From Lophium mytilinum (lineage: Eukaryota), in NCBI GenBank assembly GCA_010093605.1, contig MU004201.1:1-64000 (forward strand): a stretch of DNA of 64,000 nucleotides, written 5' to 3'. The notes below the pieces were generated by a model. The model did no database searches. It saw nothing but the letters and a program-made list of their open reading frames with translations, and was not told where the DNA came from. The position numbers were made by a program, and so were the translations under genes. Shown piece by piece: positions 36,501 through 51,104 of this stretch. The number at the start of each line of letters is the position of its first letter. The first letter of the stretch is position 1.

Positions 36501-39500
36501 TCCTATATAATAGTAAAGGCCTACAGGCCTATTACTTACTGGAAATAATAGGTAAGCTGTTTAAACAAATTGTAGCCAAAAGACTCTCTAAGTTAGCGGA
36601 GGATAAGGGCATGCTGCCGCCTAGCTAGATGGGGGCACAATTGGAGCGCTCTATATAGACAGCACTTAAGCTTCTTATAAAATAGATCCACGCTGTATAG
36701 AAAGGAAACTTATAGCTTATAGCATTACTTCTTAGCCTAGATATATTAGGAGCGTTTAACTAAGTGTTACACGAATAAATAATATATAATCTACGGGCCT
36801 AGAGGGTGCTAGAATAGATAATAAGGTTTATAAAGTCCTTCCTATAAGATTATATAACCTAGTTATCTATAGGAAACTATATAGTAGAACTAATTGCAGT
36901 TACTATAGGTATACTATAGGGCTCCTCCCTATTACCTATCCTCTTCCTCTTCTTTGCTAGCATACTACTACTAACCCTCCAGAACCGCAACACAACAGCC
37001 TACGGTTTCATAGACGACATAAACATCCTTACGTATAGCTAAACTACGGAAGAGAACTACAGGGCTATTAAGAGAGCCCATAAGCTGTGCAGGGAATAGG
37101 CGAGAAAATATAGCATAGTATTTGCACTAGATAAATACCACCTTATCCACTTTACTAGAACCCGCATAGTAGTTAACCTTAAAGCTATAGTAGATATATA
37201 GGGCTTTATAGAGGGCCCTATTATAGACCTAAAAGTGCTAGAAGTATAGGTAGACTCTAAGCTAAAGTAGGGCCCGCATATAAGCACTATAAAAAACAAG
37301 GCTATAATCTAGATAGGGGCGCTTACTTAACTTACGGCATCCACCTAGGGCGCAAGCTTTAGAAAGGCACGCCTAATATACTTGGCAGTAATACAACCTG
37401 CTATTATATATAGATATACAACCTAGTACACCGTACTAGGTATAAAGGAAAAGCTTAGTAAAATAAAGCTTAAGCAGCTTAAAACGGCCTAGAACTATTA
37501 CCTCTAGAGAATCTTAGGGGCATATAAAACTACAAGCACTAAGGTGCTAGAATATAAGACGTTGTGCCCCCCACTTTAGATGAAGCTGGAGGAGCTTACA
37601 GCGGCCTACGTAGACTGCACGCGCAAGGGGCCCGCACGCAAGCATATTGAAACAGCATGTAGTAAAATATAAAGAGAGATCCACGCCAACTATAGACCGC
37701 TTACAACACTAAAACACAGCCCTAGCAGGCAAGATGTACTCCGCAACCTAGTAGTAAAGGCCACGAGGTCATGCACCAGGTTTAAGAGGGAGTTAGAAGG
37801 AGCCTATAAGCGCTTAAGGCAATTTACAATTAATTGTAAATACAAAGAGAAATAGAAGAAGAAATAGGAGTCCTTCTGCAAATCCGCGCGGTGAGAGCCA
37901 CTGACACTGGCTCTTAACACTAAATAGAGTAAATAATAGGAAACTGCGCATAAGGGGCTTATAAAGGTTAAAAGCACTATTCTTATAAACCTACGGACGG
38001 AATATATAGGGCTTATCAGCTACCTATATTATATGCAAGTGCTAGGCCACCTAATACTAGCCTACCCCTGCGGGCACGGCCTCTAATTGCCTCGCCATGT
38101 AGTAATAAGCTATAAGAGGCACGTAGAGGGCAGAGGTAAAATATTTAAGGAAGTAAATACCCGGACGTACAAGGAAATATATAATAGTAAAAAGGGACCT
38201 AAGGTAATAGCCTGCTGGTTTCTATAGAAAATGGACCTACTACCCTACCTCTTAATAGCTAGAGAGATAGAAACGGAAAGAACGTAGGCTTAGCCTTCCT
38301 ATTTCTAACAGCCTTACTATTTCTAATAGCCTGCCCATGGGCCGTATATGAAATGGCCATTAGCTATGCCATGGCCCTTAGCTATGCTGTAGCGGCTTGT
38401 ACCCACCACGTGCAGCTATAGACTCCCCCCGGCACTTAGTATAGATAGTTAGCTTTGGGTATCTAATATATACTCTCCGGCGTATACTCCTGTTCCTTAC
38501 AGCCCTCCTATTTCTAAACAGTCTATCTATTTCTAAATAGCCCTTCTATTTCTAAGTAGCCTGTCTACTTTACAACAGCGTATATATAAGACTCCTCTCC
38601 CCTATTAACTAGTTATACTATAAAAGCTTATACTTACTATAAGTAGCTATATACTTCCTATCTATAGACTATAAGCTGCATACTTAGCTAAGCTATAGTG
38701 GCCTATACTTACTATTATAGCTGCGTACTATATATAGCCACCCACAGCCTTCCTATTTTAGTTTAGTCCCCCTATTTAGTCCTTCCGCTTCAGTCCTCCA
38801 GCACGCTCTGCCGGCCCTCCGGCCTCAGCCCTCCTATTCTTACAGCCTACCTATAAAACGACAGCCTACCTATAAAACAACAGCCTACCTATAAAATAAT
38901 AGACTATCTATAAACTATATACTTTGTATATACCCCCCGGAGCGGGACAACATTACCGCCGCTAAATTAAGCCTGCACTGCGGCTAGATACTACCTATAC
39001 GCTATACAGCTTTCCCGTCTCTAATAGCCTACACGGCCTCTACTATTTACTTTACCTTATTGCCTTAGACGAAGGTCCCGCGAGCGCACTACTTGCACGC
39101 AGGCCCTTACGCTAATTCTATACCAGCTAATTATCCGGATTCTACTCGGCCCGAACCTAGGAAGACAATAATAAACTAACCCGGATAGATATAGGACAAC
39201 GCATTTTAATGGCTTATTCTATAGTAGCTCTTATAGACCTACTATATATCCCCCAAAGTAAATGTAATAGAGAAGGGCGTTTTACGCCAGATATAATAGA
39301 GTATAAGGTTTTCATCTAAAGGCTGCCCGGCAGCAAACGATTTCCCCTTATAAATTAGCCTACATAGAATAGCTGCGTAGACCCTAACGGGAGCTACACT
39401 AGCGTAATAGAACTTAATAATAGTAATAATATAGTTAATTTTATAGCATTTTAGAAATATAGCCTTAAGAAGGCCCCTATAGCCTATATAAGGCTTTCTA

Positions 39501-39568
39501 GATAATTATATATAGTCTTAAAGCCCTATAAGTAGTACTAGCGGCGCTGTAGTAGGCCATTATATTAC

Positions 39569-39690
39569 TGTAAGGCCGGGCAGCTAGTTTTACTACAGCT
39601 CCACACAAGAGTATAATTAAGAAGCAATCTTACTTCCTAATACTAGCTACTTATACCCTTACAAGCTAATATCACCCGCAAGGCCTAATA
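39569..39690 (-). mobile_element. Solo TRIM LTR
   Basis: 122 bp with a perfect ATTAC 5-bp TSD. Confidence 0.88.
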
Positions 39691-40644
39691 ATTACAACCT
39701 ACAATGCATAGTTTCTCTAGAGCTAATAATAATACTACTACTGATAATAATAACTCTAATATTATCTATTACCCAGTTAAACGCCTACTAAAGTAATTAA
39801 TACATACTTTATATAAAGCCTAGAGTATATAATCTTACCTATAGAATAAGCTACTTTTTCTTATAAATATACACTTACTACTATTTTATCTATAGATTTA
39901 TTAAACATGTTATTAACGGCCTATTAAGCACGCTAATTAAGCTACACTAGGAACTATAGGTAAAACTGACAAGAAAATTAGAGCATAACTATTAAATAAT
40001 ACTTACTAGACCTTATTACCCTCTCCCTCTAAGCTAGAGAAGAAGATTTTAAAATTTATAAAATTTATAACTAAAAGCTATATAGAATAGTAGCTACGCT
40101 ACCTCCTATACTTAGTAAAGGGATAAAGCATGTATTAGTAAGTAATAGAAACCTATATTTCCTATTCTAGAAGGAAAAAAAGTAATTACTATATAAGAGT
40201 AGGTAGAAGAGCTTATCTATATTATAATAGAGGTATGTATAATATTTAGCCTTATAAAGCCTCTTCTTTTTATTATTATAGGACTAGTATATAGGGTATA
40301 TACTATTACCGCCTTTAATAAGCTAGCATATTACCGCATATATAGCAGTATACTTCTAGCTACTATATATATATCTTTTTTCTTTCTTTACCTTATAACC
40401 TCTATAGTATAGTTATATAAACCCCATCTTTATCTATACAGCCTTAAAATCCTTATATATATATCTAGCTTTAGATAAAGGTAAAGAAATATAGAGAGAG
40501 AGATATAACATATTATAGTTAACCTTAGTTTATAATAGAATAGTTTATCAAATATGTATTATACTTTGTAGTTTGAAAAGTATTATATTTTTTAACTTAG
40601 AGTACTCCCTTATAAATAGAAAGTAAGAATAGGTATCCTATTCT

Positions 40645-43600
40645 ACTAATCCGAGAGAACCTAGCTAGGCTATTAAAAGCTAAGATCTTTACTAAGATCA
40701 ATATCATTGCTGCTTTCAACCGAGTACGAATAAAGCCTAGAACCGAGTGGATGACAGCCTTCTAAACGCGGTACAGAACCTATTAATACCAAGTAATGCC
40801 CTTTAGCCTCAGCAACGCCCCTGCTACCTTCTAATAATTTATTAACATAGCTCTCTATAAGTATCTTAATAAGTACACTACAGCCTACCTTAACAATATT
40901 CTCGTCTACAGTAATAGTGTAGAAGAATATTAAGAACATATTAAAGCGGTTCTAACTAGGCTGCAAGAACGCGGCCTCTACGCCGATATTAATAAGAGCT
41001 AGTTCCACGTTATAGAAGTAAAGTTCCTTGGTCTTATTATCTCTATAAATGGGATAAAGATGGACCCCATAAAGCTAGAAGCTATCCGCAACTAGCAGCT
41101 CCTTTGGACAGTAACAGGAGTTCTAGAATTCCTAGGTTTTACTGGATTCTATTGACGGTTTATTGCCGGATACTTATTAATAGCCCGCCCCCTTACCAAC
41201 GCAGTAAAAGGAACCGGACACTCAAAAGGGAAGCTAACTAAGGTTATTATTACTCTGGAATTTGAAGCTGCTTTTTAAAAGCTAAATAACGCCTTTAAAG
41301 GTAATTAAATCCTTATAGCTTTCAACACTAATAAGATAATATACGTCTTCTATAATAGCTCTAGATGGGCTATAGAAGGAACACTAAAGTAAAAGGGGGC
41401 TAATAGTATTCTATACCCTATAGCCTTCTTCTCTAAGAAGCATAGCCCCGTAGAGTCTAACTACAACAGCCTACAATTAAGAACTAATGGCTATTATTTA
41501 AGCTTTCGAGGAGTTCCGGCCGGAACTTATAAGTATTAACCCTAAGAATCCTATTTAAGTTATTACTAACTATAAGCACCTAGAGTCTTTTATAACTACT
41601 AAGCAGCTTAGCCGCCGGCAGGCTAGATGGAGCCTATTTCTTTCCTAGTTTAACTTCAAGATTGTCTATTAACCTGGGAAGGATAACATTAAAGCTGACG
41701 CTCTTTCCCGGAGGAAATAAGATATACCAGCAGGCGCGGATGATAGTAGGCTTACGGTAAACTATTAAGTTATCCTTAAGCTACACAACCTAGCTAAAGG
41801 AATAAAGCCGTTTACGGCTAAGGAAGCCGTTATTGCTATACTTACTGCACTTTCCTTTAGCACTAATAACAATTAGCTAGACAACTACGTTACTAACGAT
41901 ACTATTGACACCGTACGCCTCTATCTAATGGGAGAAGGGGACGATAACAAAAAAGATGAACCTGAAGAGAGCATTAATTAAGAACCTACCTTGGTAGAAT
42001 CCATAGAACCAGACGGACCGCCTACAGCAGAGCTAATAGCTACTGCCTACGCAGAAGATAAGATCTCTAAGGAGATCTTCCCTATACTAGAGCACCCTAC
42101 GGGCTTCCAACGCCGCATGCCTAAGCACTTGCTTAAAGCTAGATACTAATTCTCTCTAGCTAACTATGCTATTCAAGGATCATAGACTAACGCAGTAGAT
42201 AACCGTTAACTTCTACTTAATGGAAGGGTCTTTATTTCTAATAATAAGCCCCTACAACGCCGACTATATGCAGAACAGCATAATTACCCTGCTATAGAAT
42301 ATAAGGGATATAAGCGCACGCACTTTACTCTTATCTAGCACTACTACTGGCCATATATGGCTAAGGAAATTAACTAATTCTGCGACAACTATACTATCTA
42401 CTGCTATTCTAAGTATTCCTAAGGTAAGAAAGACGGTTTCTTAAAGCCCCTACCTATCCTAAACAAGCGCTGGCAGCATCTTAGCGTTGACTATATTATT
42501 GCCCTGCCTAAATGCATCCATAGAGGTATTACGTATAAGCCCATTATAGTAGTCTGTAATAGACTAACTAAACGCCGCCACTTTATCCCTATAGATAGCC
42601 TTAGCTCTAAGGCTCTTACGAGCCTTCCTTCCTATCTTCTTCGCACTGCACGGAGTCTCCTAGTCTATCCTCTCTAATAGAGGAAGCAACTTTATCTCTA
42701 AGTTCTAGAGACGGCTCTACTAACGCCTAGAAATCTCTCTTAAGATGTCTACCGCCTTCTACCCGGAAATAGATAGTTAAACTAAACGTTCTAACTAAGA
42801 ACTTAAAGAATATCTTTAAAAATACGTTAATTACGCACAAGATAACTAGGTAGACTGGGCTATCTATTACGGAGTTCTAAGTAAATAACACTGTTAACGC
42901 CTCTACTAGCATAACGCCCTTCTTTGTAGATACCGGCTACCACCCTAGTACCGGCCTTAAGCTAGCTACCGCTATTAATCCAGATCTAAGTAGTAGAGGC
43001 AAGGAAGAAATATAGATTACTACTAATATTACTACATCTATAGAAAACCTAACTTAAGTTCTTTAAGAAAACCTAGCTTGGGCTTAGAAATAATAAGCTA
43101 AGCACGCTAATGTACACCGAGCAGACGCTCCGCAATTTAAGATAGGAGCCCTAGTCTATATCGATACCAGGAACTAGAAAACGGAACAACTAGCTAAGAA
43201 ACTTAACGATAAGTATGCCGGCCCTTGGCCTATTAACTATATTGTACCAGGAAGTAAAGCTATATAAGTATAGCTTCCCAAACACCTTAAGGTAGAAGGG
43301 ATGTTTAACGTCTTCCACCCTAACCTTCTATACTTATATAAGCCCGACCCTATTCCATTATAGGCTTAACCTAAACTATAACCTATCTACCTAGTTTAGG
43401 ATAAAGAAATAAAGACGTAAAAAGAAGAGTACCTTATAGACGAGATTGTAGATAGCCGCTGTATTAGACGAGGAGTTTAATATAAGATTAAGTAGGTAGA
43501 TAATCCTAAGTACTACTAGGAGCCTTCTAAGACGTAGATTGACTACTATAACGCTTGTTTATTCCACTGGAAGTACCCGCGTAAGCCCTGCCCGCCCACC

Positions 43601-43993
43601 TAAGTTTTACCACCTGGTTGGACACTCTGGAAGGAGGATTAAGATAATTTTTATAGTGTTAGCAGTATAGAGCTAGCTAGATTAAGCTGGAGGAACGCTT
43701 GCATAGTTAATTTAGTTTATAACCTTCTTTCCTTAGCTACTCCTTATAGGAGCTCGGACCTAAAGGGAAGGGGGGTAGTGTTAGGCCTTATAAGGCCTTT
43801 TCCTTTATTTATTGCAGGACGGGCACGTAGGTTACATGCCCTCGCGCCTCTTGGCACGCTAGCGCGTTAGTGCGCGCACAGCAGCGTACTTCTAGCTGCT
43901 GCACTCGCGTCTCTTTTCTCTCTTTGTTTTACAGCTTCTATAGTATAGTAATAGAAACCTCACCTTTTGCTATATAGCCTACGAGTCCTTACA
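40645..43993 (+). mobile_element. 5'-truncated RIP-mutated Ty3/Gypsy chromovirus: RT, RNase H, integrase, chromodomain, PPT and 3' LTR (43779-43993)
   Basis: YQVMPFSLSNAPATF, AYLNNILVYS (from YLDD), FLGFTGFY, KPLPILNKRWQHLSVDYI, KYAGPW, EEYLIDEIVDSR; PPT AAAGGGAAGGGGGG. Confidence 0.9.
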
Positions 43994-46900
43994 ATAGTAG
44001 TAATAAGACGGCACTAAAAGCAAGCATTACTATTCTAGATAGAAGATTACTTAGAGGAAGTATATAAGACTAAGAGGGTATAAAGAATATAGTACTTGTT
44101 ATATTCTTTAGAAGACTAGATATTATACTAAGTCTAATATAACTATAAAAAGAGATCTATATAGAAGGAAAGCAATAAGGTGTAGCACTATATAGTACAA
44201 AAAATAATAAAAGACCCTAAAGAAGTATAGAAACTAGCTAAACAGGTTTATATAGTTAGTAAGGAATTAAAGCTTCTTTCTTAATTCCTTCCCCTATTCT
44301 AGGGCTAACAACCCTATTTAGCATACTAATAAGTAGAGAAAGACACGTAGACTTGTAAGATAGTTGTTTCTACTACAAGTAGAAGGGGATCTATTTAACT
44401 TTAAGGGGTTTTAATACCTAAAACTATATAATAATACTATAGAATTTACTATAGAGATATATTCTTAGCACTAAATAAAGCCGCGAGACATATAAGAATT
44501 ACTAATTAGATTCTAGCGAAATGTAAGATGTAACTAGCTTATATATACTTGCCTACATTTTTGTGAATTACTTATATAAAGGGTGTTACTAGAGGGTGTT
44601 ACTATATACTAATTAAGTAATTATTAATAGTAGTTCTAAGTAAGCTCTAGTAGACGTTTTATATATTAGTATATGCCTATAGGCCTATGGTGCTGCTAGA
44701 AATTATAGGTAAGGTTGATTAATAGATTATACCTTAATAGCCCTCTAAAATAGTAGAGAAAAGAGTTACACTACTACCTAGCTAGATAGAGGTATAGCAA
44801 AAGCGCTCTATATAGATAGTACTTAAACTCTTTATAGATTAAATCTATACTATATAGGAAGGAAAGTAATAGGTTATAGTATTACTTCTTTATATAGATA
44901 TAATAGAAGCGTTTAAATAAGTATTATATAACTAAATGTTATACCTTCTATAGATTTAGCTAGTACTAGAATAAATAATATATTCTCCTAGGTTATTTCT
45001 ATATAGCTGCGTAAAAAGCTAGCTATAGAAAGCTTTATACAGACCTAATTGCCATTACTATAGATATACTATAGAATTGAATTAAATTACCTATCTTTTT
45101 TCCCTTCTTTACTAGTATACTACTGCCAGTTCTCTAAAACTGCAATATAGTAGCTTATAGGTTTATAGGTAAAATAAATATCCTTATATATATTAAAACT
45201 ATAGAAGAGAACTATGGGGCTATTAAGAAGCCTTATACTATGTGTATAGAATAGCTAAAAATGTGCAGTATAATAATTCCTGCAGATTAATATTACCTAA
45301 TATACTTTATAAAAGCATATAGGGAACTTAACCCAATAGTTATAAGACATATATAACGCTTTATAGAGCGCCTAATTATAGACTTAAAAGTACTATAAGT
45401 AGACTTTAAGCTAGAGTAGGGTTTATATATAAGTTTTATAAAAAATAAGCCTATAACTTAGTAAGGGCCCTTACGTTAGTTACGCTACTATTAATAGGGT
45501 AAACCCTCAAAAAGCACTTATTATACTTAGTAGTGACCTGGTTAACTATTATATATAGATGCACTACCTAGTATATTATAATAGAACTAAAGAAATAGTA
45601 ATGCAAAGCAAAGAATAAGTAGCTTAAAATAGCCTAAAACTACTACTTCTATAACATCTTAAGGTATAAAAGATAAAAAAAACTAAAGTGCTAGAATACA
45701 AGACGTTATACTTCTACTCTAGATAAAGCTAGAAGAGCTTATAGTAGGCTGTATAGACTACACACATAAGAAGCCTGCCTGTAATAATATGAAAGGAGAA
45801 ATCTATAACTACTATAGGCTGCTTAAAGTAATAATAAACAGCACTAGCTATTTAAATATACTCTAACCCTAACCTAGTAAAGGCTATAAAGCTACTATAA
45901 GGTTTAAAAAGGTATTAGATAGCGCCTATAAGCGCTTAAGTTACATTATAACAAAGTATTAATATATAAAGAGATAGGTAAAAGAGTAGGAATCCTTCTA
46001 TAAACATGAAAGCTACAAACACTAGCACGTTATATTAAAAAGAGTAAACAATAAGAAGCTATATATAAAAGACGTATAAAAGTTAAAAATATAATACTTA
46101 TAAATCTACTACTAGAATATATAGGACTTAATAGATACCTGCACTATATAAAGATACTAGGCTACTAAACTAGAGCTTGCCCCTACAGATACTCCTTCTA
46201 GTTAGCTAGGTATATAGTAATAAGCTATATAAAGTATACTAAGAGTAGAGGAATACTATTTAAAGAAATAATAACTAGAATATATAAGAAGATATATAAT
46301 AGTAAAAAGGAGTCTAAAGTAATAGCCTTATAGTTTCTATAGAGAATAGACTTACTACTCTATCTATTACTAGCTAGAGAACTATTATTTTATAGCTATT
46401 CTATTATACACTAGCCTATACATATAGCTATATACTACTTAAACTCTATATACTCTATATACTTAGTATTATAGTGTAATATAGATTTATAATAGAATAC
46501 TAAAATTATTAAGTATATAACAGAGTGGCTGCAAGGAGAAAGAATAGGACGCGGAGCGCTGGCTAAGAAGTAGGCGAAGCTAATGCTAAGCAAGGTTGTA
46601 TAATAGTAGCACGTAATAGAGATTATATAACGCTATTACTTATAATAGAAATGTATTATAATAAGGGTCGCGTTATAGCTATAATGCTTAGTATATTCTA
46701 AATAGTACCTATTACCCCTAACTCCTCTATCGCGGATAGTTATACTATTAAAGCCTGTACTTACTATAGATAGCTGTATACTCCATATTATATGGAATTG
46801 GCCTATAAAGTCTATTATATATATCCTATTTATTATAGTATATCTATTTCTTAATAGCTTTCTATTTTATTGTAACCCTATAAAGCGTTATACTACCCGA

Positions 46901-47790
46901 GCTTTATATATTGTATATACTGCTTCCGGCTTAGTACGCACTTAATAGAGGCTATAAGACGCCCTTTAGTCCCCCTATAGCTATTAGTATACTATAGAAG
47001 TCTATACTTACTATATATAGATATATACTTTACTATATATTTTCCGTTCTTTATAGCCCTTCTATTTATAGTTAGCTTTCTTATCTACTATTAGTCCCCT
47101 TAAATATTAGCCCTTATATAAAATAAAAGACTACCTATAAACTCTATATATATCTACTATATATTTCTTACTACTATACACTGCCTAACTAAGTTCTCCA
47201 ATTGGTTTACCTTTCTATTTACTAGCTATCTTGTCTATTAGAAATTAGGGTAGAATAGCGTTACTGCTACCTAATAAGCACCCGCCTAACGAATTGTATA
47301 CTATCTATACACTATACAGCCTCTCTATTTACTCTAGTTTTCTTATATTCTTTAGCTTATATAGCATCTATAATATAATTTAATTTAACTCTACTTGCAT
47401 TAAATAAACGAAAGATACCCATAGGCTTATTTAGCATGCGTGCCTTTACGCTAATGCTATACTAAATCTTTGCTCCAGATTCTAAATAACCCGACCTAAA
47501 CCTAGAAGAGCAACTATAACCTGATCTAGATTAAATTAAAAGGATATATTAAGATAGCTTATTCTATAGCAGGGTTAATATACCTACTTTGTATTTCTAA
47601 TAGTAAAATAATAACAACAACGAGGGTATTCTGCTTTATATACTATAGAAAACAAGGTTTTAAACTAAATACTACTTAGTAGTAAACAATTTGCTTTTAC
47701 AATCTAGCCTTAGTAGAATAGTGCAAAGACTCTAATAGGCGCTATACTAGCGTTCTAGAATTTAATAATAATCGTAATCTACCCAACTAT
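43994..47790 (+). mobile_element. Heavily degenerate LINE ORF2 and 3' region copy
   Basis: Colinear by eye with 35900-39430. Confidence 0.7.
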
Positions 47791-48228
47791 TAAATATAAA
47801 TGCACTATCTAATATACTACTTCCGGTATCTAGAAGTAGCTTAGTAATGCAACCGTAAAGCAACTTATTAAAATAATCCAGAACTACTATCTTTAAAAGA
47901 TATACTACTTATATATATATTCTATTAGCTTAATATATTTACTTAAAATACTATAGCTAATGTAGCACTACTGTTATTCTATAAAATTCGTTTCTATCTA
48001 GTGCTTTTATATAAAGTCAAGATTTACTATAGCTTAATCCTAATTTTATATAGAATGAAAACTAGCTTTTCTTTTAATAATTAAATCAACTTACACTTAA
48101 AACTTAATTACAAATCTTACTTTAACCCTAATGCTAATGTATGTTATTTTTATAACAGATTTATCATAGAGTACACTTACTAGAAAAGAACACTATAATA
48201 GTAACTATACTTGTATAATAGTAAATAA

Positions 48229-49728
48229 TTAGGTGATTATATCTAGATTATTTGCGAATTTTCTTAATCGTGCTGTATTATATTAGTTTTAATTATTAAG
48301 TATTTATTTACTATGCTGCTTACTAGAGAACCTATTATCTAAGTGTGCCGTAATATATTAGTTTTAAGTATTAAGTATTTATATATAAAGCTACTTACTA
48401 TTCCACCTCTTTTCCATTTGTGCTGTATTATATTAGTTTTAATTGTTAAGGATTTATATATAATGCTGCTTACTATAAAACTCATCAGAACTCCCTAAAG
48501 CTGGATTTAAGACTTCTAGATTTGCTGTATCTAAAGCTCTATTGCTAGATATAGTATCTACTGGAGAACTTCTAAGAGAAGAACTATTACTTTTGGAGAG
48601 ATCGTTAAATGAATTTGATTCTACACCTAAGTAAACAACTAATAAATATACTTTTTTTATTTTTAACTTACTAAGTGATTCTGGACTATTTCTACTATTC
48701 AAATTAATATCACTATAAATTTCCTTTTCTTCTTTCTGAGTTTCCGGAGGATTATGAGGTGTATATCCTGGTTCATTATATTCTTTTACTTCAATTTTAG
48801 AATTTTCTAATGCTACATCTACAAATTAATATTAAATCAATATAGATATTTTAGGCTTTAACTTACTTAGAGATTCTTGACTATTTTTACTCTTTAAATC
48901 TATATTACCATAATCTTCCTTCTCTTTTTGCTTAGATAATAAAGGATTAGAAGGTAAATAAGGTAAATCGTTATCCCTAGTTCCTGTTTCTTTAATATCT
49001 GGCTCTTCAAGATTAGTTCTTTTAGGTGCTCCATCCTGTTGGGTAGTATATCTAGAAGTATCTTGATAATTCCGTAGTCTTTTTTGACTTGCTTCTAGGT
49101 ATGCTTCTATCTTATGCATAGTTTTTAAATGTGCTTTCGCCCTTTTAATTTCTGCATATAAATTTGACTTAATTCTATTAGGATTTTGAACTTTCTCTAT
49201 TTCTTTTGGAAAGATAATACCATCCCAATCATTTTTGCACCATTGTTGTGTCCAATCCGGCCAATCAACCTTTTTAGTTATAGGGTTAATTGTAAGGTCA
49301 ATTTGTTGAAAGGTTTCAGTAAGTACCTTACTACTAAATTTTAGTATAATTTACTACAACATTAAGAAGAAATACTAACATAGCATATCGATCAACCGCT
49401 TTTTTAGCCTTTCTTTTAAAATTCTCTGTAGTAGAAGATGATTTCAAAATAGTATTTATTTGAAAACTAGTATAAAGCTCCAGCATAGCAGTTCTCTTTT
49501 CAGTTCTACTACTAATTCTAATAGATGTATTATAAATACTAGCTTTAAATTTAGCTCCCCATTTTTGGGTTTGTTGTTTTAAATCTATATTTGGAGGTAC
49601 AGTTTCCCAAGGCCAGTGGGAACCTGGCACTTCTAAATCCTCCCAAGGAATACTAAACCACTAGTTTTAGTTAGTGTAAAACTATAGTAATCATTAATTC
49701 AGCGTTTATATACCTTCCCTGGAGGCAT
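48229..49728 (-). CDS. Spliced orphan gene, ~375 aa, function unknown
   Basis: Exons 49728-49714, 49660-49380, 49330-48867, 48818-48672, 48626-48474, 48422-48399 and 48272-48229 join in frame (1128 nt) across GT...AG introns (45-53 nt, the last 126 nt if the middle microexon is skipped), several with CTAAY branch motifs; begins MPPGKWFSIPWEDLEVPGSHWPW. Confidence 0.65.
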
Positions 49729-50823
49729 AATATATTTAAATGTAAGTAATACTTCTATAAGAGTTACTAACTCTTTTTATATAAAGAAAGAAAGTTTGAA
49801 TATTTAGATAAAGAATTTAAAAGGCTCTATAATTGTAGTATCTTAGTTATTAGAAATAGGTAGAAGATATTAGCTTAAATCCTAGAAATGAATAAACAAT
49901 AGATAGAATAAATAAAAGTTTTGAAAAGCTTTCTTAGTATAGAAGATTAAAAGCTTAATGCTTTTTAAAAGGCTTTTAGACCTTTTACTATCTTATATAT
50001 AGGAAAACAAATAGCTAATTAAAGTAATTTTGATTGAGGTGTTTTAAAAAACTAAGAAATTGAGATTTCTTTTGAATGCAAATAACTAAAAAATATTATC
50101 ATTTAAAATGCATTGATTTTTAATAATCTATAACCTAGATACTAGTAAATTAGAGATTTAATCGAAGTTAAATTTTATTTCCCATATTTTTAAACTTAAA
50201 CTTTATAGTATTCTTATAATATTTACATTATACTTAATTATAGAAGGGTATATTAAACAGTAAAAGTAAAGGAGAATAAGTTTTTTTAATTGGTATCTAT
50301 AGTCTAAGAAAAGTCCTTTAATATTAAATTAATAATATATATTATGCAAATAATAGCAATTAAGAAAGTGTATTAAAGCTACCAAAAGTTAAGAAACACA
50401 TTATTTAAAATTAAAAGAAGATATCTTTAGTTTGCTTTACAGCTAACTGACTTTACATTTTTTAATTAAATAAAGAATACGGTTTTTATTAAAGCTTTTA
50501 ATAGATATCTACTCTTAGTAGATATATGCATATATATATATTACTAGCTTATAGTTATATATTTCCTAAAGACACTTGCTTTTACAAAATAAAAGTAAGT
50601 ATTTGTTATTATAATAGCCTATAAATATCCTAGTCTAGTAACTTTCATTCTATGCTATTATAAACTTAAAGATTATATTTGAATATATACTTTTTTAGAA
50701 AGAATTGTTGCTTTTATTTAGCTGATTATATTAAAATAAAAGTAAGAACATTTCTTTTAAACTGTTACCCAAGCTAGATTTAATACTAAAAGATAAAAAT
50801 AGTTTATTACTCCTGCATTTAAA

Positions 50824-51104
50824 ATGAATATAACTCCGTATATGGAAGAAATAATTAAAAATATACAGTCTCTACCGGATGGAGTAGATAAAGAAACATT
50901 ACAAAATTCTATTGATGTTACTATTGAAGTCTTATATAACTTAGTTGTAGAGAAACAACGTTTAAGATGTACACTTATATAAAGAATAATAGTTATATTA
51001 CATCTACTAATAAGTATTTAGGCTTAGCAATTCAAGACGCACAACATGAGGTTGGACGTTTAATGGAGATTATACATTGTGCTATTAAAACACACCCTAA
51101 GTAA
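50824..51104 (+). CDS. Small spliced ORF (75 aa, likely helical), divergent from the 49728 gene
   Basis: MNITPYMEEIIKNIQSLPDGVDKETLQNSID...; intron 50969-51021 (weak GTACAC donor, CTAAT branch, TAG) keeps the frame to ...AIKTHPK*. Confidence 0.45.

Larger units (their letters stand above)
31830..39560 (+). mobile_element. Near full-length RIP-mutated Tad1-like LINE (ORF1 with Zn knuckles; ORF2 with APE endonuclease, RT and C-terminal Cys/His motif; long repetitive 3' region)
   Basis: Knuckle remnants at 34280-34440; GDINL at ~35370 and LDHRPI at ~35610; RT GIL*GSSLLPILF and YGFIDDINIL at 36910-37030; many in-frame TAA/TAG; boundaries approximate. Confidence 0.88.

Noticed and set aside
38840..38915. 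Short tandem repeats (ACAGCCTACCTATAAAAC and similar)
   Set aside because: Part of the LINE 3' region, with related sequence in the other LINE copies
48249..48473. Regularly spaced repeats with variable spacers resembling a CRISPR array
   Set aside because: Eukaryotic context, no cas genes, and the repeats carry GT...AG splice signals; better explained as duplicated introns
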